From contig NIVC01000558.1 of NCBI GenBank assembly GCA_002269645.1, positions 186,001 through 250,000 of the forward strand: a stretch of 64,000 bases of DNA. The letters run 5' to 3'. The DNA comes from Macrostomum lignano (lineage: Eukaryota). A program made the position numbers and the translations under genes. The notes beneath the pieces were generated by a model that saw only the letters and a program-made list of their open reading frames with translations, ran no database searches and was not told where the DNA came from. Of this stretch, positions 35,401-48,820 are shown one piece after another; within the stretch, counting starts at the first letter, position 1; each line of letters starts with the position of its first letter.

Positions 35401-38400
35401 TTTCAGCAGTATAAGTCTCTTCTCTTAAAGTTTAGAACTCGAAGAGCAGTTAGCGTTTGAAAGTTCCCGTTTTAAAGCATTGAAATATCGAGTGTACGTT
35501 CACTGCCTGCCAAAGAGGCTCGCAAGTTTATTCATTCATTACACAGGCCGGCTATTACACGGGGCAGCCTATTAAAAGGCACAGATAATGAAACAAATTG
35601 ATGTCGCAACCGATTTCACAGTCAGTCATTATCAGTCTCAGTTAAAGTTAACAAAAACATTGCGCAATATAAATCAACCCTCCAATCCACAGCAGTAGTG
35701 AGAAGTTGAACCCTCCCCCCAACTTTATCTATTTCGTCTCGCAAAACTGAGTACAATATTTGCAAAAAGTTAAAAGTATGGAAATAGTTTTTCAAATGCT
35801 GTGCTTTTTCTTTTCATATTTAAAGCAAACAATTTATATCCCCGAACTCAGCGTTCCAAGATCTTTCCAGCAATATAAGTCTCTTCTTTCAAAGTTTAAA
35901 ACTCGAGGAACAGTTAGCGTTTGAAACTGTCTGATTTATAGCATTGAAGTATCGATTGTACGTTCACTGCCTGCTAAAGAGGCCCGCAAGTTTATGCATT
36001 GAATTTCAAGGTTCAACAAAATCACAGGGCTGCCTATTGAAAATTAGAACACAAATATTTGCGCAATTGTCTATACAGTCAGCCAGTGAGCCAGGGTCCG
36101 ATTGTACACAGGCAGCCATTTAGAACGCCCCATCCCCCCCACTGGAGAGAAACTACACTGCAGAGATAGTGAAAAGTTGTGGCGCAATCACTTGAAATTC
36201 ATGCAAATTTTCAGCTCCAAGCAGAAAGAGGGGACAATTAAGATTATCAAAGGTCAAGACCGCCGTTTTCTGCTTTTTTGAGGATCTTAGAAATTAAAAT
36301 TTCAGAATTAAAATAGCCTATAGCCGACCTCGGATAATTTCCAATCTTCCCATATAAGTTTCAACGCTGAGTTGCCACTATTCAAGGAGGAGTTGTCGAA
36401 ATGACACACACACACACAGACAGACAAACAACACGTCAACTTTAGTATATACGAGTGGAACTCCTCCTTCGGAGGAGAAAGGGGAAGAACTCCCATCACC
36501 GGAATTCTATTCCCTGAAATATCCATCAACTGAAATTCCATGTCTTTAACCCTATCTTCCAAATCGTCTCCAAATTCTTTACAAAATCTTTCAAAGACCA
36601 TAGCTCAAAGACTCTCAAGTCTCTCATATCTCCTCTCTCCTCTCTCTCATCTCATCTCTACCCCTGCTCCCTTATTTATCTCTTCTCCCTCGTCTTTCGT
36701 CTGTACCTTCTCCTGTCTTCTGTCTCCTCTCTTCACTCTTATCTCTCCCTCTTCTCTCCTCTCTCATATGTCATCTCTACTCACTTATCTATCGTCTCTC
36801 TTAACCCTCTCTCTCTCTTCTCTTTTCTCTTCTCTCTGCTCTCATTTCTCATATTTCATATACGCTCTGACACTACTTTCTTGTCTCCCATCTTTCTTCC
36901 TCCTTTTCACTATCCCCTGTCTCTTCTCTTCTCTCTTTTCTATTCTCTCCATTCTCTCTTTTCTCATTTCCTTGCTCCTTTCATCTCTCTCCTCTCTCCT
37001 CACTCTCTTCTCCTTTCGCTTCTCTCTCCTCTCTCTCCTCTCATCTTTACTACCTTATTTATATCTTCTCCTTAGTCTTTCGTCTGTACTCTCTCCTGTC
37101 TCCTCTCTCCCCTGCTCTCTCATCCCTCATCTCCTCATCTCACTCTTTCTTTCTCCTCTACTCTCCCCTCTCTTATATTGCCTCTGTACGCTCTTATCCC
37201 TCATCTATTCTCTCTCCTATCATCTCCAATCTGTCATGTCTAATCTCTCCACTCAATTATACTCTGTTTTCTATCATCTCTTCTCTCTTCTCTTTTCAGT
37301 CTTCTCTTTACTCTCTTCTCTGACTGATTGAAGATGCCAAATCCATCAAGATCCTCTCCGCGAAGCAAAAATCCTGTCTGTGCAACTAAAAACCATCGAA
37401 ATCCTCTCAGTGAAACTGGACTCCTTCGAAATCCTCTCCTTGAAACTTAAATCCATCAAAATTGTTTCCATAAAACAGAAATCAATCATAAATTATCTCC
37501 GCGAAACAGAAAGCCTCTCCGTGAAGCTGAACATGATCGAAATCCTCTCCGTGAAACTGAACACCATGGAAATCCTTTCGTGAAACTGAACATCATCGAA
37601 ATCCTCTCCACGAAACAGAAATCTTCTCCGTCAGAATTTAAACATTGAAATCGTCTCCGTTAAACTTGACTTAATCGAATTTTTTCCGTCAAACAACTTA
37701 ACTCGCCAGATTCATTAGGGTTAGGGTTAGGGTTAGGGTTAGGGTTAGAACTACGCACAGCTTCGTGTTAAAAGGCACAGATAAAAATATTGAACTAATT
37801 GAATCAATTCATTGCGCAACCGATTTCACAGTCAGTATCAGTCTCAGTTAAATTTAACCAAAAGATTGCGCAATTTAAATCAACCCTCCAGTACACAGAG
37901 ACCGACCCCTTTTCAATACGCTGTGGCAGTTAGAAATTGAACCCCCATCTGTTGGGGGCATTGAACCAAAAAATGAGTACAATCTTTGCAGAAAGCTAAA
38001 AGTATGGAAATAGTTTTTTTGATGCTGCTCTTTCAGTCTTTATATTGAAAGCTAACAATTTATATCCTCGAACTCAGCGTTGCAAGATCTTTTCAGCAGT
38101 ATAAGTCTCTTCTCTTAAAGTTTAGAACTCGAAGAGCAGTTAGCGTTTGAAAGTTTCCGTTTTAAAGCATTAAAATATCGAGTGTACGTTCACTGCCTGC
38201 CAAAGAGGCTCGCAAGTTGATTCATTCACTACACAGGCCGGCTATTACACAGGGCAGCGTATTGAAAGGCACAGATAATAAAACAAATTGATGGTGCAAC
38301 CGATTTCACAGTCAGTCAGTATCAGTCTCAGTTAAAGTTAACAAAAACATTGCGCAATCTAAATCAACCCTCCAATACACAGCAGCAGTGAGAAGTTGAA

Positions 38401-41400
38401 CCCTCCCCCAACTTTATCTATTACGTCTCGCAAAACTGAGCACAATTTTTGCAGAAAGTTAAAAGCATGGAAATAGTTTTTTCAATGCTGTGCTTTTTCT
38501 TTTTATATTTAAAGCAAACAACTTATATCCCCGAACTCAGCGTTGCAAGATCTTTCCAGCAATATAAGTTTCTCCTCTGAAAGTTTAAAACTCGAGGAAC
38601 AGTTAGCGTTTGAATTTACCAATTTCCCGACTACTTGCTAGAGAAGCTCGCAAGTTTATTCATTGAATTTCACTGCCAAACTAATACACAGGGCCGATAA
38701 TAAAAAATGAACCAATTGAATCAATTGATTGTGCAATATATTTCTGTGTTAGTCAGTATCAGTCTCAGTTAAAGTTAACAAACAGATTGCGCAATCTAAA
38801 TCAACCCTCAAATACACACCGACCGACCTCCTAACTGTTGGGGGGTCGGTCGAACGCCATTGAAATCCTAAAATGAGTACAATCTTTGCAGAAAGTTTAA
38901 AGTATGGAAATAGTTTTTTCAATGCTGTGCTTTTTCTTTTCATATTTAAAGCAAACAATTTATATCCCTGAAATCAGCTTTGCAAGTTCTTTCCAGCAAT
39001 ATTAATTTTTTCTCTCAAAGTTAAAAACTCGAGCAACAGTTTGCGTTTGAAACTTTCTGATTTAAAGCATTGAAATATCAATTGTACGTTCACTGCCTGC
39101 TAAAGAGGCCCGCAAGTTTATGCATTGAATTTCAAGGTTCAACAAAACACAGGGCTGCCTATTGAAAATTAGAACACAAATCTTTGCGCAATTGTCTATA
39201 AAGTCAGCCGGTGAGCCAGGGTCCGATTGTACACATGCAGCCATTTAGAACGCCCCATCCCCCACTGGAGAGAAAATACACTGCAGAGATAGGGAAAAGT
39301 TGTGGCGCAATCACTTGAAATTCATGCAAATTTTCAGCTCCAAGCAGAAAGAGGGGACAATTAAGATTATCAAAGGTCAAGACCGCCGTTTTCTGCTTTT
39401 TTGAGGATCTTAGAAATTAAAATTTCAGAATTAAAATAGCCTATAGCCGACCTCGGATAATTTCCAATCTTCCCATATAAGTTTCAACGCTGAGTTGGCA
39501 CTATTCAAGGAGGAGTTGTCGAAATGACAGACAGACAGACAGACAAACAACACGTCAACTTTAGTATATATAGACGAGTGGAACTCCTCCTTCGGAGGAG
39601 AAAGGGGAAGAACTCCCATCACCGGAATTCCATTCCCTGAAATATCCACCAACTGAAATTGCATTTCTTGAACCCTATTTTCCCAATCGTCTCCAAATTC
39701 TTTACAAAACCTTTCAAAGACCATGGCTCAAAGACTCTCACGTCTCTGATATCTCCTCTCTCCTCTCTTTGCTATTATCGTGACTCTCTTCTCTCTCCTC
39801 TCTCTCATCTCATCTCCACCCCTACTCCTTATTTATCTCTTCTCCCTTGTCTTTCGTCTGTACCTTCTCCTGTCTCTTGTCTCCTCTCTTCTCTCATATC
39901 TCTCCTCTTCACTTCTGTCTCCTGTATCCTCTCTTCGCTCTTATCTCTTCCTCTTCTCTTCTCTCTCATGTCATCTCTACTCACTTGTCTATCGTCTCTC
40001 TTAACCCTCTCTTTCTTCTCTTTTCTCTCCTCTCAGCTCTCATTTATCATATCTCATATACGCTCTCACACTCTACTTTCTTGTCTCCCATCTTTCTTTC
40101 CTTCTTTCCACTATCCCCTGTCTCTTCTCTTCTCTCTTTTATATCCTCTCCATTCTCTCTTTTCTCCTCTCCTTGCTCCTTTAATCTTCTCCCCTCTCTT
40201 CTCTAATCTCTAATCTCTTCTCTCTTATGTTCTCACGCATCTCTTCTCATCGCATCTCTTATCTCTCCTCTCCTCACTACTTTCCTCTCTTAACTCTCTC
40301 ATCTCTGATCTTTCATCTCTCTCCTCTCTCCTCACTCTCTTCTCCTTTCGCTTCTCTCTCCTCTCTCTCCTCTCATCTCTACTACCTTATTTATATCTTC
40401 TCCCTGGTCTTTCGTCTGCTCTCTCTCCTGTCTCCTTTCTCCCCTCTTTTCTCTTCTCTTCTCTCTCCTTTCCTCTCTCATCTCTCATCCCTCATCTCAC
40501 TCTTTCTTTCTCCTCTACTCTCCCCTCTCTTCTATTTCCTCTGTACGCTCTTATCCCTCATCTATTCTCTCTCCTATTATCTCTCTTGTCTCCCTTTGCT
40601 ATCTCATATCTCCCCTCTCATCTCCTCTCTCCTCTTCTCTTCTCTCTCCCTCTTCGTTCCCGCCTTACTCCCCTCTTCTCTCCCATCTGTCATGTCTAAT
40701 CTCTCCATTCATTTCTACTCTGTTTTCTATCATGTCATCGCTCTTCTCTTTTCATTCTTCTCTTTACTCTCTTCTCTGACTGATTGAAGATGCCAAATCC
40801 ATCAAGATCCTCTCTGCGAAGCAGAAATCTTGTCTGTGCAACTGAAAACCATCGAAATCCTCTCCGTAAAACTGGACTCCTTCGAAATCCTCTCATTAAA
40901 ACTTAAATCCATCAAAATCGTCTCCATAAAACAGAAATCAATTATAAATTATCTCCGCGAAACAGAAATCCTCTCCGTGAAGCTGAACATCATCGAAATC
41001 CTCTCTTCGTGAAACTGAACATCATCGAAATCCTCTCTTCGTGAAACTGAACATCATCGAAATCCTCTCCACGAAACAGAAATCCTCTCCGTCAAAATTA
41101 AAACATTGAAATCGTCTCCGCTAAACTGGACTCAATCAGTTTTTTTCCGTCAAACAACTTAACTTTCCAGATTCATTGGTTAGGGTTAGGGTTAGGGTTA
41201 AAACTACGCACAGCTTCGTGTTAAAAGGCGCTGATAAAAATATTGAACTAATTGAATCAATTCATTGCGCAACCGATTTCACAGTCAGTCAGTATCAGTC
41301 TAAGTTAAAGTTAACAAAAACATTGCGCAATCTAAATCAACCCTCCAATACACAGCAGCAGTGAGAAGTTGAACTCTCCCCCAACTTTATCTATTACGTC

Positions 41401-42063
41401 TCGCAAAACTGAGTACAATTTTTGCAGAAAGTTAAAAGTATGGAAATAGTTTTTTCAATGCTGTGCTTTTTCTTTTCATATTTAAAGCAAACAATTTATA
41501 TCCCTGAAATCAGCTTTGCAAGTTATTTCCAGCAATATTAATTTTTTCTCTCAAAGTTAAAAACTCGAGCAACAGTTTGCGTTTGAAACTTTCTGATTTA
41601 AAGCATTGAAATATCAATTGTACGTTCACTGCCTGCTACAGAGGCCCGCAAGTTTATGCATTGAATTTCAAGGTTCAACAAAATCACAGGGCTGCCTATT
41701 GAAAATTAGAACACAAATCTTTGCGCAATTGTCTATACAGTCAGCCAGTGAGCCAGGGTCCGATTGTACACAGGCAGCCATTTAGAACGCCCCATCCCCC
41801 CACTGGAGAGAAAATACACTGCAGAGATAGGGAAAAGTTGTGGCGCAATCACTTGAAATTCATGCAAATTTTCAGCTCCAAGCAGAAAGAGGGGACAATT
41901 AAGATTATCAAAGGTCAAGACCGCCGTTTTCTGCTTTTTTGAGGATCTTAGAAATTAAAATTTCAGAATTAAAATAGCCTATAGCCGACCTCGGATAATT
42001 TCCAATCTTCCCATATAAGTTTCAACGCTGAGTTGCCACTATTCAAGGAGGAGTTGTCGAAAT

Positions 42064-42095
<32 letters not shown>

Positions 42096-45000
42096 ACGCG
42101 TCAACTTTAGTATATATAGATAGAAACTCCTCCTCCGAAGGAGAAAGGGGAAGAACTCCCATCACCGGAATTCTATTCCCTGAAATATCCATCAACTGAA
42201 ATTCCATGTCTTTAACCCTATCTTCCAAATCGTCTCCAAATTCTTTACAAAATCTTTCAAAGACCATAGCTCAAAGACTCTCAAGTCTCTCATATCTCCT
42301 CTCTCCTCTCTCTCATCTCATCTCTACCCCTGCTCCCTTATTTATCTCTTCTCCCTCGTCTTTCGTCTGTACCTTCTCCTGTCTTCTGTCTCCTCTCTTC
42401 ACTCTTATCTCTCCCTCTTCTCTCCTCTCTCATATGTCATCTCTACTCACTTATCTATCGTCTCTCTTAACCCTCTCTCTCTCTTCTCTTTTCTCTTCTC
42501 TCTGCTCTCATTTCTCATATTTCATATACGCTCTGACACTACTTTCTTGTCTCCCATCTTTCTTCCTCCTTTTCACTATCCCCTGTCTCTTCTCTTCTCT
42601 CTTTTCTATTCTCTCTATTCTCTCTTTTCTCCTTTCCTTGCTCCTTTCATCTCTCTCCTCTCTCCTCACTCTCTTCTCCTTTCGCTTCTCTCTCCTCTCT
42701 CTCCTCTCATCTTTACTACCTTATTTATATCTTTCGTCTGTACTCTCTCCTGTCTCCTCTCTCCCCTGCTCTCTCATCCCTCATCTCCTCATCTCACTCT
42801 TTCTTTCTCCTCTACTCTCCCCTCTCTTCTATTGCCTCTGTACGCTCTTATCCCTCATCTATTCTCTCTCCTATCATCTCCAATCTGTCATGTCTAATCT
42901 CTCCACTCAATTATACTCTGTTTTCTATCATCTCTTCTCTCTTCTCTTTTCAGTCTTCTCTTTACTCTCTTCTCTGACTGATTGAAGATGCCAAATCCAT
43001 CAAGATCCTCTCCGCGAAGCAAAAATCCTGTCTGTGCAACTAAAAACCATTGAAATCCTCTCCGTGAAACTGAACACCATGGAAATCCTTTCGTGAAACT
43101 GAACATCATCGAAATCCTCTCCACGAAACAGAAATCTTCTCCGTCAGAATTTAAACATTGAAATCGTCTCCGCTAAACTTGACTTAATCGAATTTTTTTC
43201 GTCAAACAACTCAACTCGCCAGATTCATTAGGGTTAGGGTTAGGGTTAGGGTTAGGGTTAGAACTACGCACAGCTTCGTGTTAAAAGGCACTGATAAAAA
43301 TATTGAATTAATTGAATCAAATCATTGCGCAACCGATTTCACAGTCAGTCAGTATCAGTCTCAGTTAAAGTTAACAAAAACATTGCGCAATCTAAATCAA
43401 CCCTCCAATACACAGCAGCAGTGAGAAGTTGAACCCTCCCCCAACTTTATCTATTACGTCTCGCAAAACTGAGTACAATTTTTGCAGAAAGTTAAAAGTA
43501 TGGAAATAGTTTTTTAAATGCGGTGCTTTTTCTTTTCATATTTAAAGCAAACAACTTATATCCCTAAACTCAGCGTTGCAAGATCTTTCCAGCAATATAA
43601 GTCTCTCCTCTCAAAGTTTAAAACTCAAGGAGCAGTTAGCGTTTGAAATTTACCGATTTCCTGACTGCTTGCCTGAGAGGCTCGCAATTTTGTACATTGA
43701 ATTTCACTGCCAAGCTAATACACAGGGCCGATAATAAAAAAGCTAACCAATTGAATCAATTGATTGCGCAATATATTTCTGTGTTAGTCAGTATAAGTCT
43801 CAGTTAAAGTTAACACAAAGTTTGCGCAATCTAATCAACCCTCCAATACAAAGCAACTGACCCCCTTCCTATACACAGCGCCAGTTAGAAGTCGAAACCC
43901 CCAACTTTATCTCTCACCTCTCGCCAAAATGAGTACAATCTTTGCAGAAAGTTTAAAGTATGGAAATAGTTTTTGCAATGCAGAGCTTTTAGTTTTCATA
44001 TTTGAAGCAAACAATTTATATCCCTGAAATCAGCTTTGCAAGTTCTTTCCAGCAATATAAATTTTTTCTCTCAAAGTTAAAAACTCGAGCAACAGTTTGC
44101 GTTTGAAACTTTCTGATTTAAAGCATTGAAATATCGATTGTACGTTCACTGCCTGCTAAAGAGGCCCGCAAGTTTATGCATTGAATTTCAAGGTTCAACA
44201 AAATCACAGGGCTGCCTATTGAAAATTAGAACACAAATCTTTGCGCAATTGTCTATACAGTCAGCCAGTGAGCCAGGGTCCGATTGTACACAGGCAGCCA
44301 TTTAGAACGCCCATCCCCCCACTGGAGAGAAAATACACTGCAGAGATAGGGAAAAGTTGTGGCGCAATCACTTGAAATTCATGCAAATTTTCAGCTCCAA
44401 GCAGAAAGAGGGGACAATTAAGATTATCAAAGGTCAAGACCGCCGTTTTCTGCTTTTTTGAGGATCTTAGAAATTAAAATTTCAGAATTAAAATAGCCTA
44501 TAGCCGACCTCGGATAATTTCCAATCTTCCCATATAAGTTTCAACGCTGAGTTGCCACTATTCAAGGAGGAGTTGTCGAAATGACAGACACACAGACAGA
44601 CAGACAAACAACACGTCAACTTTAGTATATACGAGGCCAACTCCTCCTTCGGAGAAGAAAGGGGAAGAACTCCAATCAGCGGAATTCCATTCCCTGAACT
44701 CCATCAGCGGAATCCCATTTTCCAACACCTCTCCGCGCAACAGAAATCGTCTCCGTGAAACTGAACACTATCGAAATCCTCTCCGTGAAACTGAACACCA
44801 TCGAAATATTCTCCGCGAAATAGAAATCCTCTCCGTGAAACTGGACTAAATCGAAATTTCTACGTCAAATAGCCCAGCTCTCAGAATTCATTGGTTAGGG
44901 TTAGGGTTAGGGTTGACAGCTGCGTGTTGAAAGGCGCCGTAAAAACATTGAACCAATTAAATTGCGCAACTTATTTCTCAGGCAGTCAGTATCAGCCTCA

Positions 45001-45920
45001 GTTAAAGTTAACAAAAAGATTGCGCAATCTAAATCAACCCTCAAATACACAGCAACCGACCCCCCTTCCAATACGCAGTGCAGCTAGAAATTGAACTCCC
45101 CCCACCAACTATTGGGGGTCGGTCGAACCCCCATTGAACTCCAAAATGAGCACAATCTTTGCAGAAAGCTAAAAGTATGAAAATCTTTTCTTGAATGCTG
45201 TGAATTTAATTTTCATATTTAAAGCAAAAAACTTATATCCCCGAACTCATTGCAGCAAGATCTTTCCAGCAATATAAGTCTCTCCTCTCTAAGTTCAAAA
45301 CTCGAGCAACAGTTAGTGTTTGAAACTTTCTGATTTTAAGCATTGAAATATCGAGTGTACGTTCACTGCCTGCTAAAGATGCTCGCAAGTTTATGCATTA
45401 AAATGCACTGAATTTCACTGTGCAAAAAATACACAGGGCTTCCTGTTAAAAAACAGAACACAAATAGTTGCGCAATTGTCTATAAAGTCAGTCAGTGAGC
45501 CAGGGTTCAAGTGTACACACGCAGCCACTGAGAACGCGACCATCCCCCACTTGAGAGAAAATACACTGCCAAGATAGAAAAATTTTATGGCGCAATCACT
45601 AAAATTGATGCAAATTTTCAGCTCCAAGCAGAAAGAGGGGACAATTAAGATTATCAAAGGTCAAGACCGCCATTTTCTGCTTTTTTAGGGATCTTAAAAA
45701 TTGAAAATGAAAGATTAAAATAGCCTAAAGCCATCCTCGGAAAATTTGCAGTTTTCCCATATAAGTTTCAACGCTGACTTGCAAGTATTCTAGGAGGAGT
45801 TATCCAACAAACACACACACACACAGACAAACAACGCACCAACTTTAGTATTAAGATATCCAACAAACACACACACACACAGACAAACAACGCACCAACT
45901 TTAGTATTAAGATAGATAGA
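32412..45920 (-). mobile_element. Head-to-tail array of about 6 non-autonomous Helitron/Helentron-like units (1.3-3.1 kb each)
   Basis: Unit junctions near 32414, 34013, 36452, 39575, 42122, 44632 and 45915. On the minus strand each unit starts TC/TATA(T)ACTAAAGTTG followed by a (GTCT/GT)n microsatellite. Each ends with a CTCCTCC-nnn-GGAGGAG hairpin a few nt before CTCG. Internal ~480-bp AT-rich subrepeats, a (TTAGGG)n tract and a CT-rich tract are present. The repeat structure is certain; the Helitron assignment is inference. Confidence 0.6.
35033..35067 (+). repeat. Interstitial (TTAGGG)n; further tracts at 37715-37748, 41180-41200, 43228-43261 and 44895-44914
   Basis: 3-6 telomeric hexamers, each preceded by GATTCATT/GAATTCATT. 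Confidence 0.92.
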
Positions 45921-46431
45921 AGATAGATAGATAGAGAGTTAGCGGGCGTGAAATCGCGTTTCACGGCCCGCTGAGACTGTCTATGGTAAATCCCATCGAC
46001 TCCAATGCATTCAGTCGGTTTCACGGCCCGCTAAAAGTGTCTATGACAAAGCCAGAATAAAGCGGGGTCAAGGGGGCGCTGAGCACACCAGCACTCTAGA
46101 CAAGGTAAGAAAGAATAAAATCAAAAAAATTGTCTATGGCCAAAACTCTTTTTTGCGAATTTAAAAATAAGCACTATTTTGCAGTACTAAGCCTAACTTT
46201 TAATATAGACAAGATGTGAAAATATTGACTAGATATTGGTTTTTGCGAGCTATCTCAGGCAAGGAGCAAGCAAACTCATCCATCCCATAGATTTCAATAC
46301 GACGAAGGAGGTGGTTTGAACCATAGACTATCACGTTTTTTCAACCAAACTCATCCAACGGGCGAGCAATCTCAGCCATAGCTTGTCTGCCCATTCATTT
46401 CCTCTTCCCTTCTTTCTTTCCTCCTCCTCCG

Positions 46432-46677
46432 ATGGCTCAGTTGCGACAAACATCCAACTCCGACAGAGAGAAGCTAATCAACGCATGGAATGACGGACAA
46501 AATTTGAGCACTGCTTCACGCATTCTCGGGATAAAGCTGAAGACGTCCAGACATATAATCCGGACTTACGTAGCTACTGGAAGAATTGCTGCTCTCCAAC
46601 GTGGCGGAATAAGGGAGGAATCAAGCAAGATTGACGTGCTGCTCTATCATAAAGTCTCTTATATACGAACCAATTAA
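46432..46677 (+). mobile_element. N-terminal HTH fragment of an IS630/Tc1/mariner-like transposase
   Basis: SDREKLINAWNDG..STASRILGIKLKTSRHIIRTYVATGRIAALQRGG fits the HTH...RGG pattern. No DDE domain is present. Confidence 0.5.
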
Positions 46678-46783
46678 ATTTTTCGCTTAATAAACAAGCT
46701 ATCCCATGCCTTTCACACCGTTTAAGTACACTTAGTCTAACTATAACACAAAGTTCATCGTGTTCCTTCATTTCATGATTCAG

Positions 46784-47788
46784 CGCCAAGAAGCAGCTGG
46801 ACCCCAGCTTCACCGACTGGGACTTCATCCTGCAGGACGACAAGAAGCAGCTCATCGGTCGTGGCGGATTCGGTGAGGTGTACAAGGCCCTCACAGACCG
46901 CAACCAGACGGTGGCTGTCAAGGTGCTGCCCCTGAGCGGCACCGGCCAATCGAGGAAGCTGCAGAAAGCCGTCGAGATGGAGAAGCGGGGAGTTGAGATC
47001 ATCAAGCGACTCTCGCATCCCAACATTCTGCAGTTCCTCAAGTGCGAGCAGAAGTCGGACGGGCTGTACATCTTCACCGAGCTGGTCTCGGGTCACAGCC
47101 TCTTTGAGCTGATGCAGCGTCAGAACAAGCCGTTCAAGGAGTCCGGGGTCAGGGACTTCTCCAGACAGGTGCGTCTCTGAGTTCTCTGGCATTTTCTGGT
47201 AAGGGTGGGATCAGGGTGGAATCAGTGTGGGATCAGGGTGGGATCAGTGTGGAATCAGTGTGGGATGCACTTTTTGACTACTCAAAACTGCTCCACCTGC
47301 AGATCTGCTCAGGCCTAAACTTCCTGCACTGCCAGCCGGAGGGCGCCATCTTGCACCGTGATATCAAGAGCTCTAATATTATGCTCACCAACGAGGGCGT
47401 CATCAAGCTGATCGACTTCGGCCTCGCTAAGGAGATCATCGGCACCTGTGGCCTGAGCACAGGCGTCGATCCCAAAGGCACCCCCTACTTCATGGCGCCC
47501 GAGCTGTTCATGGGCGAGGGCGATTCGATTCCGTATTCAGCCAAGACCGACGTGTGGGCCTTTGGCTGCACCGTGTATGAGCTGACGGCCATGGAGCCTC
47601 CTGACGCGAACGTTCCGCAAATCAGGATCGGCATCGTGAGGTGCGGAGGGCGGGCGATGCCTCGGATTGCGGACGGGTTCTCAGCCGGCATGAAGGACTT
47701 CTACCTCAGGTGCGTAGACTATGACCCGAGGAAGCGAGCGGACACCACGGAGCTGCTGCGGCACAGCTTCCTGAGTGCCTCATCGTGA
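46784..47788 (+). CDS. Ser/Thr protein kinase domain (STE/MAP3K-like); exons 46784-47168 and 47303-47788; 5' exon upstream
   Basis: [38 protein letters not shown] and DVWAFGC are all present. Intron CAG|GTGCGT..CTGCAG| is phase 0. The first exon begins after ATTCAG| in phase 2 with no ATG. Confidence 0.9.
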
Positions 47789-47864
47789 CTGCGAGAGCGA
47801 TGGGCTGTGAGGGAGCGGAGCGGCTCTTGGAGCGGGCGGTTTTGATTGCTGACGTTGTCTGCTT

Positions 47865-48045
47865 TTGTTTATCCGATTGACCTTTTTGTTTATCCGATTC
47901 CTCTTTTTGTTTATTCGATTTCCCTTTTTGTTTATCCGATTGACCTTTTTGTTTATTCGATTGCCCTTTTTGTTTATCTGATTGCCCTTTTTGTTTATCC
48001 GATTGACCTTTTTGTTTATCCGATTGCCCTTTATGTTTATCCGGC
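47865..48045 (+). repeat. 21-bp minisatellite, about 8-9 units
   Basis: Unit TTTGTTTATCCGATTGACCTT. Confidence 0.9.
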
Positions 48046-48544
48046 TGCTTTGTTTGTTCGAACTGCTCATTCTGCTCATTCAGATTTTGAATTTTGAATT
48101 ATCGTTTTGTCTATCGATCACCCTGCTGCTTCCCGATGCCCGGATCAGTTATCCAATCACAGTTTCGCTTATTCGTCTGCGATTCGGAATTCAAATTTCA
48201 TTTATTTGACTGCCGGGTTTGTTTTACCGGTTGCTCCTTTCCATTAATGAGACATTTTTGAGCTGACTCGAGTGCCATTCCAGTTTCAAGCTGATCAATG
48301 TTGATTTTGAAACTCTGGCACAAAGCCAATCACAATTTCCCCAATCTGCTCAGACTGCTCAATACCTACTCCAGATTTTGTGTTGCCGAGAATTTTTCAC
48401 ATTTTTCAGCCACCGGTTTGGCGCTTTTTCCGGCACTGATTTTTTTTTGATTTTTGGACTGACTTTTTATTAGCAACTGTTGAAGCAGGAAGTCCAGCGC
48501 TTACTCAAGACTTCTCAGTTAAATATACAGCCACCGCTTGGCTT

Positions 48545-48820
48545 GCCGTGACCCGCTGTGCCCTGACTTGGCGTGACCCGCTGCGTCCTGACTTGCCGTG
48601 ACCCGCTGTGTCCTGACTTGCGGTGACCCGCTGTGTCCTGACTTGGCGTGACCCGCTGTGTCCTGACTTGCTGTGACCCGCTGTGTCCTGACTTGGCGTG
48701 ACCCGCTGTGTCCTGACTTGCCGTGACCCGCTGTGTCCTGACTTGGCGTGACCCGCTGTGTCCTGACTTGCCGTGACCCGCTGTGTCCTGACTTGCCGTG
48801 ACCCGCTGTGTCCTGACTTG
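48545..48820 (+). repeat. 25-bp minisatellite, about 11 units
   Basis: Unit GACCCGCTGTGTCCTGACTTGCCGT. Confidence 0.92.

Noticed and set aside
32889-43124. Leu/Ser-rich 'membrane protein' ORFs
   Set aside because: Translations of CT-rich low-complexity DNA, which rarely contains stop codons.
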